A stretch of DNA of 64,000 bases. Origin: Cirrosporium novae-zelandiae. Lineage: Eukaryota. Position 1 is the first letter of the stretch. The number at the start of each line of letters is the position of its first letter. Made by a program: the position numbers and the translations under genes. The notes beneath the pieces are model-generated. The model saw only the letters and a program-made list of their open reading frames with translations, was not told the DNA's origin and did not search any database. The stretch covers positions 558,001 to 622,000 of the forward strand of contig JAPETS010000011.1 in the NCBI GenBank assembly GCA_026023565.1, given 5' to 3'. Of this stretch, positions 62,912-64,000 are shown one piece after another.

Positions 62912-64000
62912 TCTACGAGTATTGTTTCGCACAATCCACAATCCCCGCAACCGATCGACCAACACATTGGTTTCCTAGCACACCGTAGATTTATCACTGG
63001 AGCATAATTTTATGAAGCAAAAGACACTTGACCAAATTGGAGTAATTCCTCTACACATGATCAATTGAAAATAGAAAGCGAGACATTTTTTTGTGGATAA
63101 ACGTGGGTTGACCGTTGCCTGGGAATCCAAGGGAGGGGGACCCAAAGGGAAGCGAGAGAAACAAAGACGTCATAATCAGATTTCGACCTTTTCAAACCAG
63201 ACACACAGTCAAACCAGACACACAGAAACATTCCCCCAATCCGAACTCCGGTTTTCTCCACTCTCCCCTCCATTCCCTCCATTCCCTCCACAACCATTCT
63301 AACCATTCTAACCATTTTAACCATTTTAACCCCTTCATTTTACGCTTATTCTTGGTATAGTCAAACGATCGACCATCTTAATCTCAAATGTCCATTCTTA
63401 TTTCAATTTCTGATTATTCAACTCCTTAATTTCCTTTTCGTCGTCACAAGTATAATAAAGTATTCGAATATTTTCATCTGGCCATCCTGAAAGTTCAACC
63501 ATTCGCACTATTTTCTGGCTAAATGTCGGATCGACACCATAAATAAATTGTGCTGACTGGTTACTCTTCAACCCTCCCCGCCCTTTGACTAACCTGATAA
63601 GTAACGGAAGGATCCATTTAAACATGGAGAACTTGAACATATCAAAGTGCCAGAAGACCGATTACATCCAAACCCTCGACTTTGTATTTGTTGCTTCCCC
63701 GCATTCAGTGCTACCTCACCCAAGCCACAGTTCCTATCTCTTACACGTACCACAGTACGACTCCATGAAATAAGTACTCGAGTAACAGCTCAAGAAAATC
63801 CACGAGTCATGTCATGTTCCATAGCTAAACTTCTAGATGACTGGTGTGTCATGTCCGATATCGCCAAGGTCTCACTCGCCACCTACTCGAGTACCTCGAA
63901 TTGTGCGGGGAAGACTTGGAATCAATTGGACCGCTAGTGGGGCTCCAGTCTCATCGAGAATTTGAATAGCCATTATTATATTTCCTACTGCTCGACGCCA

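Noticed and set aside
63398..63937. Gene at the right edge
   Set aside because: Short ORFs with no recognisable family; it may be the 3' end of a gene starting outside the window, but no model can be supported.

Overview
Filamentous ascomycete (intron-containing) genomic DNA. Roughly bases 1-44319 are the captain-proximal part of a giant Starship transposon on the minus strand, and it runs off the left edge of the window. I reconstructed an apparently intact 7-exon DUF3435 tyrosine recombinase ('captain', 44018->41315, about 797 aa) starting about 300 bp from the element end. That end abuts the 3' half of a 5S rRNA gene (about 44320-44383, then a T13 Pol III terminator), so the element appears to have integrated into and split a 5S gene. 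The terminus carries a short inverted repeat and five GGTGA motifs spaced exactly 10 bp apart. Cargo includes typical Starship-associated genes (patatin-like N-terminus, DUF3723, ferric reductase/NOX-like, NLR-like TPR). It also includes a MADS-box gene, two paralogous chromo-like genes, two C2H2 zinc-finger genes, a RasGEF-like gene, an F-box gene, an APH-type kinase, folylpolyglutamate synthase and an FKBP12 paralog with a remodelled drug-binding pocket. Several cargo genes have minisatellite arrays just upstream. Bases 44320-64000 look like host chromosome: microsatellite-rich spacers, an OTT_1508-like deaminase, a GH3 beta-glucosidase and small hypothetical genes. hAT-type MITEs occur in both compartments, a Tc1/mariner-type MITE in the cargo, and ~95-bp solo-LTR-like elements in the host flank. 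All gene models and family assignments were made by eye; no searches were run.
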